Shown in pieces: positions 1 to 12,494 of a DNA stretch of 64,000 bases (position 1 is the stretch's first letter; every line of letters begins with the position of its first letter). Both the position numbers and the translations under genes were made by a program. The notes beneath the pieces were generated by a model. That model searched no databases. It worked only from the letters and a program-made list of their open reading frames with translations, and was not told where the DNA came from. Source of the DNA: Balanoglossus misakiensis (taxonomy: Eukaryota; Animalia; Hemichordata); assembly GCA_040954595.2 (NCBI GenBank), contig CM082577.2:18388303-18452302 (forward strand), in the 5' to 3' direction.

Positions 1-2
1 AG

Positions 3-2537
3 ATGTGGCATGTTCTACTTATATATCTGGATGACATCTTGATTTTTTCATCAACATTCGAGCAGCACTTGCAACGAATAGAGCTGGTATTCAGAAAATT
101 GCGTGAGGCAGGACTTAAGCTACAGCCACGAAAGTGTCATTTCTTTCAAACTGAGATTGAGTATCTTGGCCAGCTTGTAACTCGTCATGGGGTGTCACCC
201 AGTCAAAGAATAGTCAGTGCTGTTGCAGAGTTTCCCACACCTACTTCAGTAACAGAGCTTCGCAGATTCATAGGACTTGCCTCGTATTATAGGAGGTTCA
301 TAGCAGGATTTTCAACTATTGCAGCCCCGTTACACAAGTTGACTTCAAAGGGTGAGGTATTCATTTGGACAACAGATTACCAACAAGCATTCAGTGAACT
401 GAAAACTAAGCTGTCAAGTGCTCCAGTTTTAGCATACCCTAACTTTGATGTACCATTTTCGCTGGTAACTGATGCCAGTGGGGTTGGAGTTGGTGCTGTT
501 CTTGAGCAAACAGTGAGTGGTGTAACCCGACCAATAGCCTATGCTAGCTCAATTCTCACGAAAGCGCAACGCAATTATTCAGCGACAGAGCGTGAGTGTT
601 ATGCGGTGGTCTGGGCGATTGACAAGTTTCGGAGTTACCTCTACGGAACTAGATTCAACATAATTACGGACCACAGATCATTAACTTTCCTCAAGTCAGT
701 GAAGGAGCCAAGGGGCAGATTGGCACGGTGGCAGTCTGAACTGCAAGTCTATGACTATGAGATATTACACAGACCAGGCAAAGCCATACCACATGCTGAT
801 GCACTTTCACGTGCCCCATTGATCGCAGTTACTACTGTTCAAGGGAAGTGGTCTTTTGACGAGTTGAAAGCGCTGCAAGAAACAGACCCAGTTATAAACA
901 GAGTGCGTGACTTGGTTCGATTGAAACAACTCTGTACACCTGGTGATGGAAAACGAGTAAAGGAGTTAATGCTGCGTGCAAGAGGTCTTCATATTGACAT
1001 TGGTACAGGGCTTCTGTGCTGTCGATACTATGTTGGGAGGAGAGAATGTATACAGGTAATTTTCCCAGACTCTCATGCTTCTGAGGTTCTGCCAGTGGTA
1101 CATGATCAGGAGGGTCACTTGGGAATCAAACGCACATTAGCCAAACTAAAGAAGTCGTTCTATTGGCCGGAGATGAGACTTAGAGTACAGGAGTGGTGTC
1201 GCAGCTGCATACAGTGTAATCAGAACAAGTTGCAACTGAGAGGAAAAGCCCCATTGCAACGTATGCCTGAACCAACTCGACCATTTCAATGGGTCAGCAC
1301 TGATGTATTTGGACCCATCCCAGCCACCAAGAAAGGAAATCGCTACATTGTAACCATAAATGATGGCTTTAGTAAATTTGTTGTAGCTAAAGCAATACCC
1401 AATCAAGAAAGTTCTACCATAGCAGAAATATTCATCAATGATTGGTGTTTGTTGTTTGGTCCACCAGAGACATTACACAGTGATCAGGGACGAAATTTCG
1501 AAATTAATCTCCTGTCTGAGGTGTGCAGAATGTTCAACACATCAAAAACAAGAACATCAAGTTACCACCCATCTGGAAATGGACAAACAGAACATTTCAA
1601 CCTTACTTTGGCTGACATGTTAAAGAACTATGTTAACGAGTGTCAAGACAATTGGGATGACCATCTACCAAAAGTCATCCACACCTATAACACGAGTGAA
1701 CATGATGCTACCGGGCATACACCGTATTTCTTACTGTACGGTCAGGAGGTTAGAACTGCATTGCAGCCAGTACCCACAGACACAGTCAATTCAAGAGGTT
1801 TGTGTACAGCCCGGGACAGGGTCAAAGATCATTTTGACAAACTCACCAAGGCCAGAAAACTGGTGTATGATAGACTGGCTAAATTGAGAGACAGACGTTG
1901 TGAGAAGTCAAAGATAAACAGCCGATTCTGTAAATACAATGTTGGTGACAAAGTTATGGTTGCTAACAATGCCAGAAGGAAGGGACGTTCACCTAAACTC
2001 AGTGCCCGATGGAATGGTCCTTACATCGTCGTCAAGGTAATCAGCGATGTGTTGTACAGGATAAGCCAGGGGGGGCGGAGAAGGAAAGTGATACATCATG
2101 ATCAACTTCGTCCATACAGAGAGAGGCCAGGACATTTATACAGTAAGACGAGTGAGCAGACAATTGATGCTGGTTCGCCTTTGCGAGATCCAGAGGTGTC
2201 AACTAATGGTAATGACCAACCGTCAGTTGCCGATAGTAGTGATTCCGATTCTGAGGATGGGGATCTTTTGGGAAGTTCACGTATAGGAAATATACCAACC
2301 CAGGGGAGTGTGTTACCAACCCAGGGGAGTGTGTTACCCACCCAGGGGAGTGTGGTACCAGACCGTCAGATGGAAATGGAGCCGACTGGAAATGAAGGGA
2401 TGGATGCTGCAGGGTCAGGGAGCCAGCAGACTGATGGCAACCATGGTGCAGAATCTAATTTGCGTCGTTCTACCAGAGTGCGCCGTATTCCACGTCGGTT
2501 GCAGGATTATGTACTCACGGAACAGTTATCGGACTAA
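3..2537 (+). CDS. pol: Gypsy/Ty3 LTR retrotransposon pol, 5'-truncated by the window edge (RT, RNase H, integrase)
   Basis: RT YLDD; RNase H LVTDASG/ERECYA/ITDH; integrase HHCC (HDQEGH...CRSCIQC) and D-D-E (STDVFG, HSDQG, NGQTE); RT-RH-INT order is typical of Gypsy. Confidence 0.96.
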   Translation: MWHVLLIYLDDILIFSSTFEQHLQRIELVFRKLREAGLKLQPRKCHFFQTEIEYLGQLVTRHGVSPSQRIVSAVAEFPTPTSVTELRRFIGLASYYRRFIAGFSTIAAPLHKLTSKGEVFIWTTDYQQAFSELKTKLSSAPVLAYPNFDVPFSLVTDASGVGVGAVLEQTVSGVTRPIAYASSILTKAQRNYSATERECYAVVWAIDKFRSYLYGTRFNIITDHRSLTFLKSVKEPRGRLARWQSELQVYDYEILHRPGKAIPHADALSRAPLIAVTTVQGKWSFDELKALQETDPVINRVRDLVRLKQLCTPGDGKRVKELMLRARGLHIDIGTGLLCCRYYVGRRECIQVIFPDSHASEVLPVVHDQEGHLGIKRTLAKLKKSFYWPEMRLRVQEWCRSCIQCNQNKLQLRGKAPLQRMPEPTRPFQWVSTDVFGPIPATKKGNRYIVTINDGFSKFVVAKAIPNQESSTIAEIFINDWCLLFGPPETLHSDQGRNFEINLLSEVCRMFNTSKTRTSSYHPSGNGQTEHFNLTLADMLKNYVNECQDNWDDHLPKVIHTYNTSEHDATGHTPYFLLYGQEVRTALQPVPTDTVNSRGLCTARDRVKDHFDKLTKARKLVYDRLAKLRDRRCEKSKINSRFCKYNVGDKVMVANNARRKGRSPKLSARWNGPYIVVKVISDVLYRISQGGRRRKVIHHDQLRPYRERPGHLYSKTSEQTIDAGSPLRDPEVSTNGNDQPSVADSSDSDSEDGDLLGSSRIGNIPTQGSVLPTQGSVLPTQGSVVPDRQMEMEPTGNEGMDAAGSGSQQTDGNHGAESNLRRSTRVRRIPRRLQDYVLTEQLSD
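2296..2355 (+). repeat. 21-bp coding tandem repeat x3 (PTQGSVL) in the integrase C-terminal tail
   Basis: ACCCAGGGGAGTGTG repeated three times in frame. Confidence 0.85.
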
Positions 2538-2682
2538 AACTGTCTTTGTTGACTGTCGACTACTGTGTATGAAAAAAATGCATTGATTGTTAAACATTAT
2601 TTATTTATTTTATTTAATTATTTGCAACAGGCATGGAACACTTGGACTCTTGAATTTATTCTTGTCACATGTGGACATGTGC

Positions 2683-2941
2683 AGGGAAGGGGGGGAAGTT
2701 ATGAGACATTTGATTACTTTGTGAATGGCGCCCTCTGTGTCAAGAGGTGGGAGGTGGGTAGCCTCGTTTTGGAAAAAAGACGCCATCTTGTTTTGGGGTG
2801 TTATTGTCGATGTCGAGCATGGTCTGATGTGAATAAAGAGTCCATTCAGTCTGCACGATAACCCCTCGATTAGGGCGTGTCTGGTACCAGTGATTTGATT
2901 GGCTGTTATCGAGTTATTGGCATGTTCGTCATCGTCCGACA
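2683..2941 (+). mobile_element. Polypurine tract (2683-2698) and probable ~240-bp 3' LTR (2700-2941) of the Gypsy element
   Basis: AGGGAAGGGGGGGAAG follows pol; the next segment has AATAAA at 2832 and ends in ...CCGACA. The 5' LTR is outside the window, so the LTR cannot be confirmed by duplication. Confidence 0.7.
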
Positions 2942-5069
2942 AACCATTTTTTACATGGGTAGGCGCAAATTTTCACGCATCAAGATCAATTATTTTTTTT
3001 ACATTGCGTGAACAGTTTCTATCATAAATTGATATTTTTGTGAAATTTATACGCAAACTAAATATTTTCGCAATGATTTGCGAACGCTGACAACCTCTGT
3101 ATGCATACCAACCCATGCGCTTAATTCTGCCTACCCTACACACAAATGGTTTACACTTCCGCCAAATTCATGTCAACACGAAGTACGCGGCACGAAGTGT
3201 GATAATTTCAAGGACTCTTGTCCTCGCACTGACCCACTTTCTGTTATACTTGGAACATCTGAAACTTTTTCTGATTTTTTTTCTTCTATTTGGCGTGGTC
3301 TTGCCATGAAATGAAAGAAATGACTGTGAACCAGATTTGAATAGGTTCCTCAAATAACCACTCAATGCATGCATACATACTGACTTTTTAAAACATGTAA
3401 TTTTTATCCTAAATGGTTTACATGGAACACCATAGATATGACACCAAGCGAATTATCTATCGAAACTAATTAACTCTCCAATGAAGAAAAACGAATGGAG
3501 AGAAAAAAAAAACGCTAGCCTAGACAAAAAACGCCTACTTTGTAACCGCGCGCACTTGTCGATCGATCGTATACAACAGCGGCTGTGGACCCGGTTCTGG
3601 AGGCTCAGATGAAAAACATGGCCCAAACAAGCAGAGTTATGACTGATCTGTGATTAAAAACATGCATTGCCATACGTTATCCTCTAAATTCCACCCGAAC
3701 TAAAGTGTAATTAGCTAAAGCGTATTAGTCTGCCTCACATGAATGAGCAAATGATCTACTGTAGACAGTACAGACGCTCATTATGCATGACCTGCCACTT
3801 TCCACCAATAGACGCAGCTCTATGATATCACATGACATTATTATTGAGTTGATCTGCACACGTGAAAATTTCCCGCCATGTCACCAGACTTGACTTTTAC
3901 GCCCATTTTTTACCATATTGGGGCATATCTGCCAACGCAAAACTTTATGGGGAGTGACAAATGACATGCTGCATTCAAGAAAATAAAACTGGATTGGACA
4001 ATGCGGCGCTAAATGCTCACATGACTGAAATCCGGCGTGTGTCAATCAATGTTTTTTTATGGATGTCTTCAAACTCACGCGTTCCAAAACAAAATCTGGG
4101 TAGGCGGTAAACTGAGAGTGTTGCATTTTGAAGCTGAAAGATCCCTGGAGTAAACCATGTGTCGATGTAGGGGTTTGCACTCTCCTAATGGCTCAAACGT
4201 TCGAACAAAATGGACTCGAAAATAATAGCATTTTCTATATTTTTCCTCATATTTATATTATCCTACGGGCACATCTTAGCATTTGACTGCACATTTGACT
4301 ATTTTGGAATGAAAGGTAATATCAGAAGGGCATATTTTTCATACAAGATTGCCGATATGATTTTTAGACCAAAAAGTACAACATATCAAAGAGAGGCCTG
4401 TAAATCCCCCGGAAAATGCACTCTCTATTTGGTCACGCGCTGAGGAATCCTACGGAACCGGCAGCATCATAGGACCCGCTTACCGGGACAGTCCATGACT
4501 TCCCGAACACGATAGTAGCAGCCGTTTTTGCACAGAGGTGACGCCAAGACCAAGATTTTGCCCTAAAATTGACAAAATATTCGGATTTTGCCCAATACCG
4601 ACTAACGTAAATTGGCTACATTTCTGCCGACAGCAAGCGCGCTCAGTGAACCCAGTTGACCTGATTTTCGTTTATTTACATACTGAGGTACGTTTAATCC
4701 ACATAAATCGGCAATCCCGTCTTTAGACCAAAAAGTACAAATGTTGAAAGTCGAGTATGCTTCAAATTAAGGAATTTTAGCAACCTTAATTCAGAGTAAA
4801 AAAAATATGTTTTGAAAAATGTATATTTAACAACAAATTACTGTACAACGTTCGTCAGACATGCAGTCGACACCTCCCATCCTCATAATAGTAAAGTCAT
4901 TCTCTAGTTTACGAGAAAACCGCAACTTAAATTCGCCAATATCGCTGGCTTTTGTTTACTTTCAATTACGCGCATGGATAACGCCTCTGTTGCGGATATT
5001 ACCCGGCATTCATAGGTACCGGAAGTTGGGGCTATCGTGCAGACTGATTGAAATACAGTTGTGTGTAGA

Positions 5070-5963
5070 CGTTTCAGTACCATACCAGCTGCCGCCGCCT
5101 GGTTCTGGGTACCCTCCCACTTGTTGTTTGGGCTGTCCCTGGTAGACAGTGGGGGGTTGTGCAGATGGTGTCACTCCACTGGGGTATGGTGTTGATGTGG
5201 CACTCCAACCATAGTTTCCGCTGTATGGATGTCCAGTGGGAGGCCCCCTGGTGGGGTGCATTGGTCCCTCCCTTTGGGCAGATGGTGGTGTATCGCTAGG
5301 GTGTGGCGTCGAGGTGTTGCTCCACCCATAGGTACCGTTGACAGGATGTCCAGTGGGAGGCCCCCTGGTGGGGTGCATTGGTCCATCCCTTTGAGCAGAT
5401 GGTGGTGTATCGCTAGGGTGTGGCGTCGAGGTGTTGCCCCACCCATAGGTATGCGTTGGTTCATCCCTATTCCCACTGGACTGTGACTCTCCTGGTTTGA
5501 CGTGATAATTCGCGAACGCGCGTCGCGCCCTATCTAGGTCGCTAGGCGAGGCGTAGTGCGGGTCCGCGGCTGTGGGGTAGCGCGCGTCTGGGGGGTTGAC
5601 CTCCATCTCCTCACCCCCTGTTGCCAGTGGGATTGGACTCTCTAATTCCAAGACCGGCATTCCGTGATAATTCCCACCATAGTTGGTTGCAATGGGCAGA
5701 AGTTCAGGGTTACCCCTTACTCTTGTGTTGTAGTATGGACTGTCCTCATGCAATTCTGCTTGAGCATCTGGGGGAACACTAAAATTTGCCTTTTCAGCGA
5801 ATTCGGGAGACCATTTGAAGTAGGGGATTTTCTCCACCATTTCCATGGTGACACTTCCATGTTTTTGCCTGAGAGAGATGATGGCGCTGGCAATCTTTTC
5901 CCCCACTCCTGGTAAATTCAGCAGGGTCTCCTCATCACAACAATTTACGAATACCTGGGCCAT
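5070..5963 (-). pseudogene. Truncated gag-like ORF with N-terminal helix-hairpin-helix (ComEA-like HhH) motif and Pro-rich 120-bp duplication; probable retroelement relic whose 5' region extends to ~6690
   Basis: LLNLPGVGEKIASAIISLRQKHG is an HhH signature; a 40-aa unit is duplicated (5229-5450); the ORF is intronless and degenerates near 5070. Confidence 0.6.
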
Positions 5964-6690
5964 GGTTTTAATAATATGGGGTGCAATAAATTACACACTG
6001 GTATACCTGGTATTCTCTTGGTGTTTTTACAAAGAAAGTTTTTATTAAAAATAATAAGTAAAAGTAAATAATTTCCCTCAGTAACAAAATAAGCAGTGAG
6101 TCAATAGGAAACTAAGATCTATACCTGCAGCGTAAAACAGCTGTAAATAAATGGGTTACTATGGGCTTTTCACTCAATCCTCTAAGAAAAATCCCGTTTT
6201 TATGGACCCTCCTGGGTAGAGACTTCTCCCCGTGAATTTAGTAAAAACCAATATGCAAATTAACTGGAACAATGGGCCCTTGCTGTCTGCGAAGTTTGCT
6301 TGAAATTTATCCCACTTTATTCGTTACCTTCCTAGGTAGGGAACAAATTCTCCGGCAAACCCCACCGAAAACTCGCTCAGGCAGAATGAAGACAAGAAAA
6401 TGCTATTTTGTCCTTCTTAAACTGTGGGAAGGTCTCCCTCACCAACACTTCGATTTCGGACAAACTCAAAATTTCAAGATGGCGGCCGTGAGAAAACACG
6501 AGTGGCTGCCTCGTGACCCCAATTTGCTTTCCCGATTTTCTTGACAGAAAAACACCCTAACTCAGAGCCTAATGTGCCCTGGGCGCGAGTGTGGATTTTT
6601 TCCCCCGGGTTAAACAAGAAAGAGCCCACTGATAGTAAAGTTTGGGGGCGATTAAGTTTGCCTAGACCGCCCGGCCCAGGAGGGTGTACT

Positions 6691-9600
6691 GTGTGGCCAA
6701 AAGACTTTGAATGTCCGATTTGTAAAAGTGTCACAGATAGCTGTTTACAGGTTTTATGTGAGGGGCCCCATACTTTCTGTTGTGAATGTCTATGTGAGTG
6801 GCTTGTACAGTCTCCGTCTCATACATGTCCAGTTTGTCGTGTTCCTATATCTGTGTCATCAATTGTTAGTGTTCCAATTGTAGTTACAAATGTCTTGTCA
6901 TCCCTTGTTGTATCTTGTGACAATGTCATGTATGGGTGCACCTCTCATATGCCCCTGGAAGAGTTATCTGTACATATGCAGCAATGCAAATTTTCATTGC
7001 CATTATATCGTGACCACGACTATTGTAAAATAGTCAAAGATCATGAAGCAACAGAGCAAACTTCGCCACTACAGTCAACTATCACAGCTACTGCTACAAT
7101 TCTGGATAGAATGCATCAGTTCAGAGAATCCAGAGAGTTTGAGGTCCTGGCTACCAGAATTCTGAAAGAAAAGATGAGCATGGCAGAGGACAACACCGTT
7201 AGATTTAAGACAGGGGGACAAGTGAGTATGAGATCTGTTTAAAAAGCTGTTTCAAGATTTACCTTTGAAATCATGTCACTGTGTGTATGTCAAAATTATA
7301 TTGCTAGTCAAACCCAATCATTGATACATAAAGGATAGCAAAACTATATCATGTTTAAAAACACTGTAAAGAAGGAAATTCTATCATTTACTTTGCAGCC
7401 TTTAATCATGGCAAAAATAACCAAACCGCGTATAACAAGCCAGGACTGTAGTAAATAAACATTAATAGAGAGGTCGAAGAGTTTGAAAGAAGTAAGAGAG
7501 ACAGTCAGTGGTGGAGGCGATTCCTCCACTATACAAGCTGGTGCTGACTTCAAAAGGATGGGCAAAGAAAATAAGGAATCAATTCTGGAATCACTCGGCA
7601 TAGCAGCTAACGCACCACCTGGTGCTGGGTTACTTTTGAAAACCGACCTTGATATCACTTGGTCAACATTGAGGAAATTACGAAGGTAGGCGAAATTGGT
7701 ACTGTGAAGGTACATGTTATTGCATGAAGTCCATACTCATAATGCATAATGTACAATAGTTTAGTCAGCAAAACACATGTTTCATGAAAATCAATAGACC
7801 TTAAAATATTTCACAGCAGTGTAAATATTATCACATTGTATATAATTGTTGTATATGGATGCTGTATGATACTACAATAGATCTTGTATGAATATGTATT
7901 TCCTTTTATTCAACTGTACAGGTGGCTGAGACAGTGGAATTGCCCAATACAAGGGGAGAAGACAGACAGACATCTTGCTGACAAGTTGAAGCTGGAGCTG
8001 ACCTCTCAAAATCTACCCTTTACCTTCCCTGTAAGAGGGACGGATGGTGCCAGAGTAAGTGAGGTCAGGCTGGCACCATGTGTTGCTGTGCAGAATCTTG
8101 TGGATGCTGTGATAAGTCGACTGAATTCTCTTGATAGGTACTACATATTTATAAATTATATAATTGTGTTTTTCATTTAATCACAGGTGCCCATTTTTGA
8201 ACGACTCATTGAAAGCATTTTACCTACAATATAAAGTTGCTTTCAGAAAATGAGTCTCATAAATTTGTTGATTTCTTTTTATTTGACTAGTACATCAAAG
8301 CTTGTTTCACACAAGGGTATCCCTGCAAATGAGATCTGGATTAAAGTTGGTGGTGATCACGGAGGTGGCTCAATGAAATCAACCTTCCAGATCCTCAACG
8401 TTGAACAACCTAACAGTGTTGAAAACACAGTTGTTTGGAATTTGTTCCTAGCTGGTGACAGCTACAGAAACCTCCGCAGAGCAATGACTGTGAATTCAGG
8501 CCAAATAGATCTGCTCGATGAACACAAATGGAAGTAAGTACCTTTCTGTTTTTATTTACATCTTGTTTCACTTGCTAAGGGTAATGACTGTATTTTGTCA
8601 TGAATGAATATTATCTTTGTATTTAATTCTTTTTATGTGCACTGTTTAGGGAATGGTTACTCCGTGTACACATTACTGGTGACTATGAGTACCTTTGTAA
8701 GAGCTACGGGTTGTCTGGAGCAAGTGGTAGGTGCTCAATTTACGTCTTGTCAAATAATGCATTTTGCAGTTGGATACTCTAACTTTCAAAATTTCATCTT
8801 TTGAAAAACAACAAATCAATTGTGTTTGACAGGAAAGTACTTCTGTCTGTGGTGCCTGATTACCAAGGAAACATCACTTTTGGACCCTGAGCGCAGACCA
8901 CCCATTCCAGCGAGGACGCTCACCCGGATTCATCAAGACTATGCCCGGTTTACAGAGAAAGGATCAAACCTGAAAGATGCGAAAGAATTTAACAACTGTA
9001 TACGTAAACCATTGTTCAATATCCCACTTAAAAGGGTTAGTGAAATTGACATTCATCAACTATATTAATATTTCTTTTTTCTCAACCAGATCTTTTAGAT
9101 TATTATATTAGTATTTAAAGCTTCATTTAGCAACTTTTGTCAGTATTTTTATTTTGTTAAAAAGTGTGTACCTTGAGTCCTCCACCCCCATATGAAACGT
9201 TTAATTTATTAATTTGCTCAGTAAACCTCATATATGTGAGTGCGAGCATGGTTGTTTATGCTAAAAAAATGATTTCATGTCAAGAAGATACTGACAAAAG
9301 TAGCCTAAAGTTACAGATATTGTCCCTCTAATGATCTTCTTCATATACACTTAGGTTGCTCTGCCAGTGTTACACATTTCTCTTGGAATTTTTCACCGAT
9401 GGTTTAAGATGCTGCAAGAGGCATGCAGATTGCATGATGTTGAAATCTTCCTGCGTTTAGCAAGAGAGGATGATGTTGATGAGCCCGTTCTGCCCTGTGA
9501 GTTGTTTGACGAGTATGTCAACATCATCAACAAAATCATGAAAGAAGAATCCTTACTGGCTGAGCTACAGGATAGGGCAGAAAGTGTTAGAGGTGCCATT

Positions 9601-11576
9601 GACAAAGCAATGTTACTGGAAGAGAGTGGGGACGACGATGATGATGATGATGATGACGACAATGACGACAGTCAACCCTCACTTTTCCAGGCCATGCAAA
9701 TGGAAAAGGAGTGTTCACAATTACATGATCAGGCAAAGGAAAAGGTTAATATCTTAATGTTGTTCGACTTTCAATTGTTTTTCATCTAATTTTACTTTTA
9801 TTCACTTTACAGGAAAAGTAACAAATGGATTATCATACTTTCTTAGCTTCAGAAGACTTGAAAGGAAAACTCCCGCAACATGCAGGTTATACTGTGAGGG
9901 CTCTTGATAGAGCCCTTGCAAAAATTAATGTACACTTGCAGGATTACCATAGCCAGGCCTTTGTTGGCAATCATGTCAACAAATGTTGCAAGGTTTGTCA
10001 TACCATGTAGGATAAATATTGTTCTGAGTTTGCATGACCACTGACACTTTGTCAATTTGTTTCAAGTTCTCTTTCAGAATGTGTTTTCTTTTTTTTAAAT
10101 ACAAACATTTTCCTTTTCAGTTTTTGTGCATGTCCACCAATCATAAGCATGCATTAATGTGAATCAACATTAGTTGTAATCAGGTTTTACTTTTGTGAAA
10201 TGTACTATGCAGATAGTAAACATGTAGTTAGTTCATAATTTTCATTTTACATTTATTTACATACTTAATTGATTTTATATCTTTGTGAAAGAAAATGTTA
10301 AAAGACTGCATAAATGTTCATAGTTTTCAATTGTTACAAATTTTAGGTTTAATTTTTTCTATGTTCTGAACATGCCTTCGTGTACATGTCAGTGGAGTAA
10401 CCATCTATTTTACTTTTCAGCCAAAGCATGTTACTATCCTTTGTGACAGTGTAGTAACTACAACTGAGAAATTTTGTCCTGATCTTCTCAGCAACGCTCG
10501 GCAAATTATGTCAAAGCATCAACCACTGTTTACACACTTTGCTACCTGCCATAACATATATTCTGTGAATAGAGAACTCTGCGCAGAGGAAATTGATACA
10601 TTGGGTGTGTTGAGTATACAATGTCTCATGAAAGATTTTATTTACCTTTTCATGTAATAGAGTTTCTAGTTGTACAGTATTTATTTCTCAGGTGCTGTTT
10701 GCATGCGAACATGAAGAAGATTGTATTTTGGAGATTTTATTTTCCTACTAATATTTTCTCTGTTTCTGCATTTGTTTAGTTTAATGAGTTCCATCTCAAA
10801 GTTTGGATAACATACTGTTGTATTCTACAATTTGGGATATCAATCCATGCACAGGATATAAGCTTGTTATTTATTCAGATAAGTATTCCTGCATGCTTTT
10901 AGTTCAGTATTTTTATTGTACTGTATTTTTCAGTAGTTTTTTAATGTCACAAATAACTTCAAATATATTACAGCTTCATTGTTTGTAAACACTTCATGTT
11001 ATTGTTCTACAAATCAACTACAGTTCCTTGTGCACTTCCTACTAGCATCATTAAATATATAATACAAGTAAGCATCCCAATGCAATCTTATAGCAGTGCA
11101 TGATTTTTGTTCTATATATATATAGCATGATATATATAGATTCAGTTGTGAATACAATGTATACAAGTGTGGAAAGTAATATGAGAAACTGTAGATGATA
11201 CATAGAAATGTTTTTTAATGTTTTCACTATGCATATGCTATTTTATAATTCTTTCCTTTTTTCAGATTCTGCTATTTCACAGCTACTACAGCATTACAGA
11301 GAAACGTTCCCATCCCAGAATGTTTTTCCCAAACTCCATCTGCTTGAGTGCCATGTTGCAAAAAGGGTGAGGCATTTTCAGAGAGGGTTGGGCTTGTTTT
11401 CTGAACAAGGGATAGAATCAACCCACCATCGCATGAATAAATCACTGAGAAGTTATAACTGTGTACCTGGGGACAATCTAAAGAAGGTAGAGTTAATGAT
11501 GAAAGATCACCACATAAAATCACACCCCAGCCATGTTGTACCAGAAATAAAAAAACGTGGGCCATACCAAAAGTGA
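6691..11576 (+). pseudogene. RAG1/Transib-like DDE transposase with N-terminal C3HC4 RING and Zn finger; 10 exons (~6691-7221, 7399-7685, 7922-8137, 8291-8533, 8650-8726, 8833-9035, 9355-9744, 9813-9992, 10421-10604, 11266-11576)
   Basis: GT-AG introns join in phase. Motifs occur in RAG1 order: RING CPIC..HTFCCEC..CPVC; KTGGQP; IKVGGDHGG (D1); GDYEYLCKSYGLSGASGKYFCLWC (D2 plus Zn CxxC); LHISLG; FVGNHVNK; PKLHLLECHV; SEQGIESTH (E). In-frame TAA codons in exon 2 (~7456) and exon 8 (~9819). Confidence 0.82.
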
Positions 11577-12010
11577 AATAAAGATTGTTGAACAGTAGAT
11601 AATGTATATATATGTATATTGTCGTTTCGAATTAAAAAAGTTTCAATGTATATGTAGTGATCTTGCTGTGAATCATTTCAGAATATGTACCATAACACAT
11701 GCATACATTCTGCAGATCTGTGTGAGTCGAGAGAGGTGTGTGTGTGTAAAAATACACTGGATCGTTTACTGTTTTATAACAATTTTTATGCTAATTAGTA
11801 AGAGAAAACTCAGTAAAAGGTGATTTTACATTGTTTCTCCAGTATTTTTACCACTTTTCCATCAATAAAAATAGTTTAACAGTGTGAGAAACTGCTTTAC
11901 CCATTGTAAAACACACTATAAAGGGAAATCCCACATTGGCCGTAGAGGGCGCCCACACAATCGCCGCCATCTTGTTTTCAAAACTAAGTCCCTATAGAGG
12001 AATCGCATGT

Positions 12011-12494
12011 GTACCGATGGTACATGTTTCTAGGGGGCGTGTCCTCACAAAACAATAGTGTACACTTGCATTTTTTTAGCCATGGAGTAAGCTTCATATT
12101 TAGGCAAATAAGCTGAATGTGTTAATAATTTTCTCTATATTTACCATGGTAAAAATGCCTTATAGCAACTTTAGAACAACCTCCTGATTATACTCAAAAT
12201 TTGCATAAAATATACTTTACATTGAATTTTCTTAGATATTAAGTCATGTAGCAATATCAACATAAATAGTAAATTGTTGTTTGTAAAAGAAATAAATATT
12301 TATGTTATTTATTTCCAGGCTTTTTTCCAGGCACTATGCCTCGAATGAAAATAATTGGATACCGCCGAAAATTTACTGAGAAAAGACGGAAAAAAAAGTA
12401 TGCAGCTACCCACCAAGTACCCACAAAAGAAAGCAATACAGTTATACAGTCAGAAAATGTTCATCAACACAACAACTCCACCCAAGAATGCCTT
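12011..12494 (+). mobile_element. 5' fragment (upstream region plus first ~53 codons) of the P-like transposase gene at 26508
   Basis: Near-identical to 26183-26666, including MPRMKIIGYRRKF...; breaks at AAGAATGCCTT. Confidence 0.92.

Noticed and set aside
1146-2586. Small overlapping or antisense ORFs within Gypsy pol (and similar ones within Tx1, piggyBac and P genes)
   Set aside because: Shadow frames of longer TE coding regions with no motifs of their own.
2942-5070. Short ORFs and possible DNA-transposon ends
   Set aside because: No recognisable protein motif, TIR pair or TSD could be established; left unannotated.
5850-5963. Bacterial comEA gene or contamination
   Set aside because: Only the short HhH motif matches; the surroundings are spliced eukaryotic TE sequence.
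6541-7242. Stand-alone TRAF/RING E3 ligase host gene
   Set aside because: The ORF ends at a splice donor (7222) that joins in phase to transposase exons, and its first ~50 codons appear to come from the neighbouring element.
11577-12010. RSS-like heptamer/nonamer terminus for the RAG1-like gene
   Set aside because: No convincing CACAGTG/CACAATG-spacer-nonamer and no matching upstream inverted copy found by eye.
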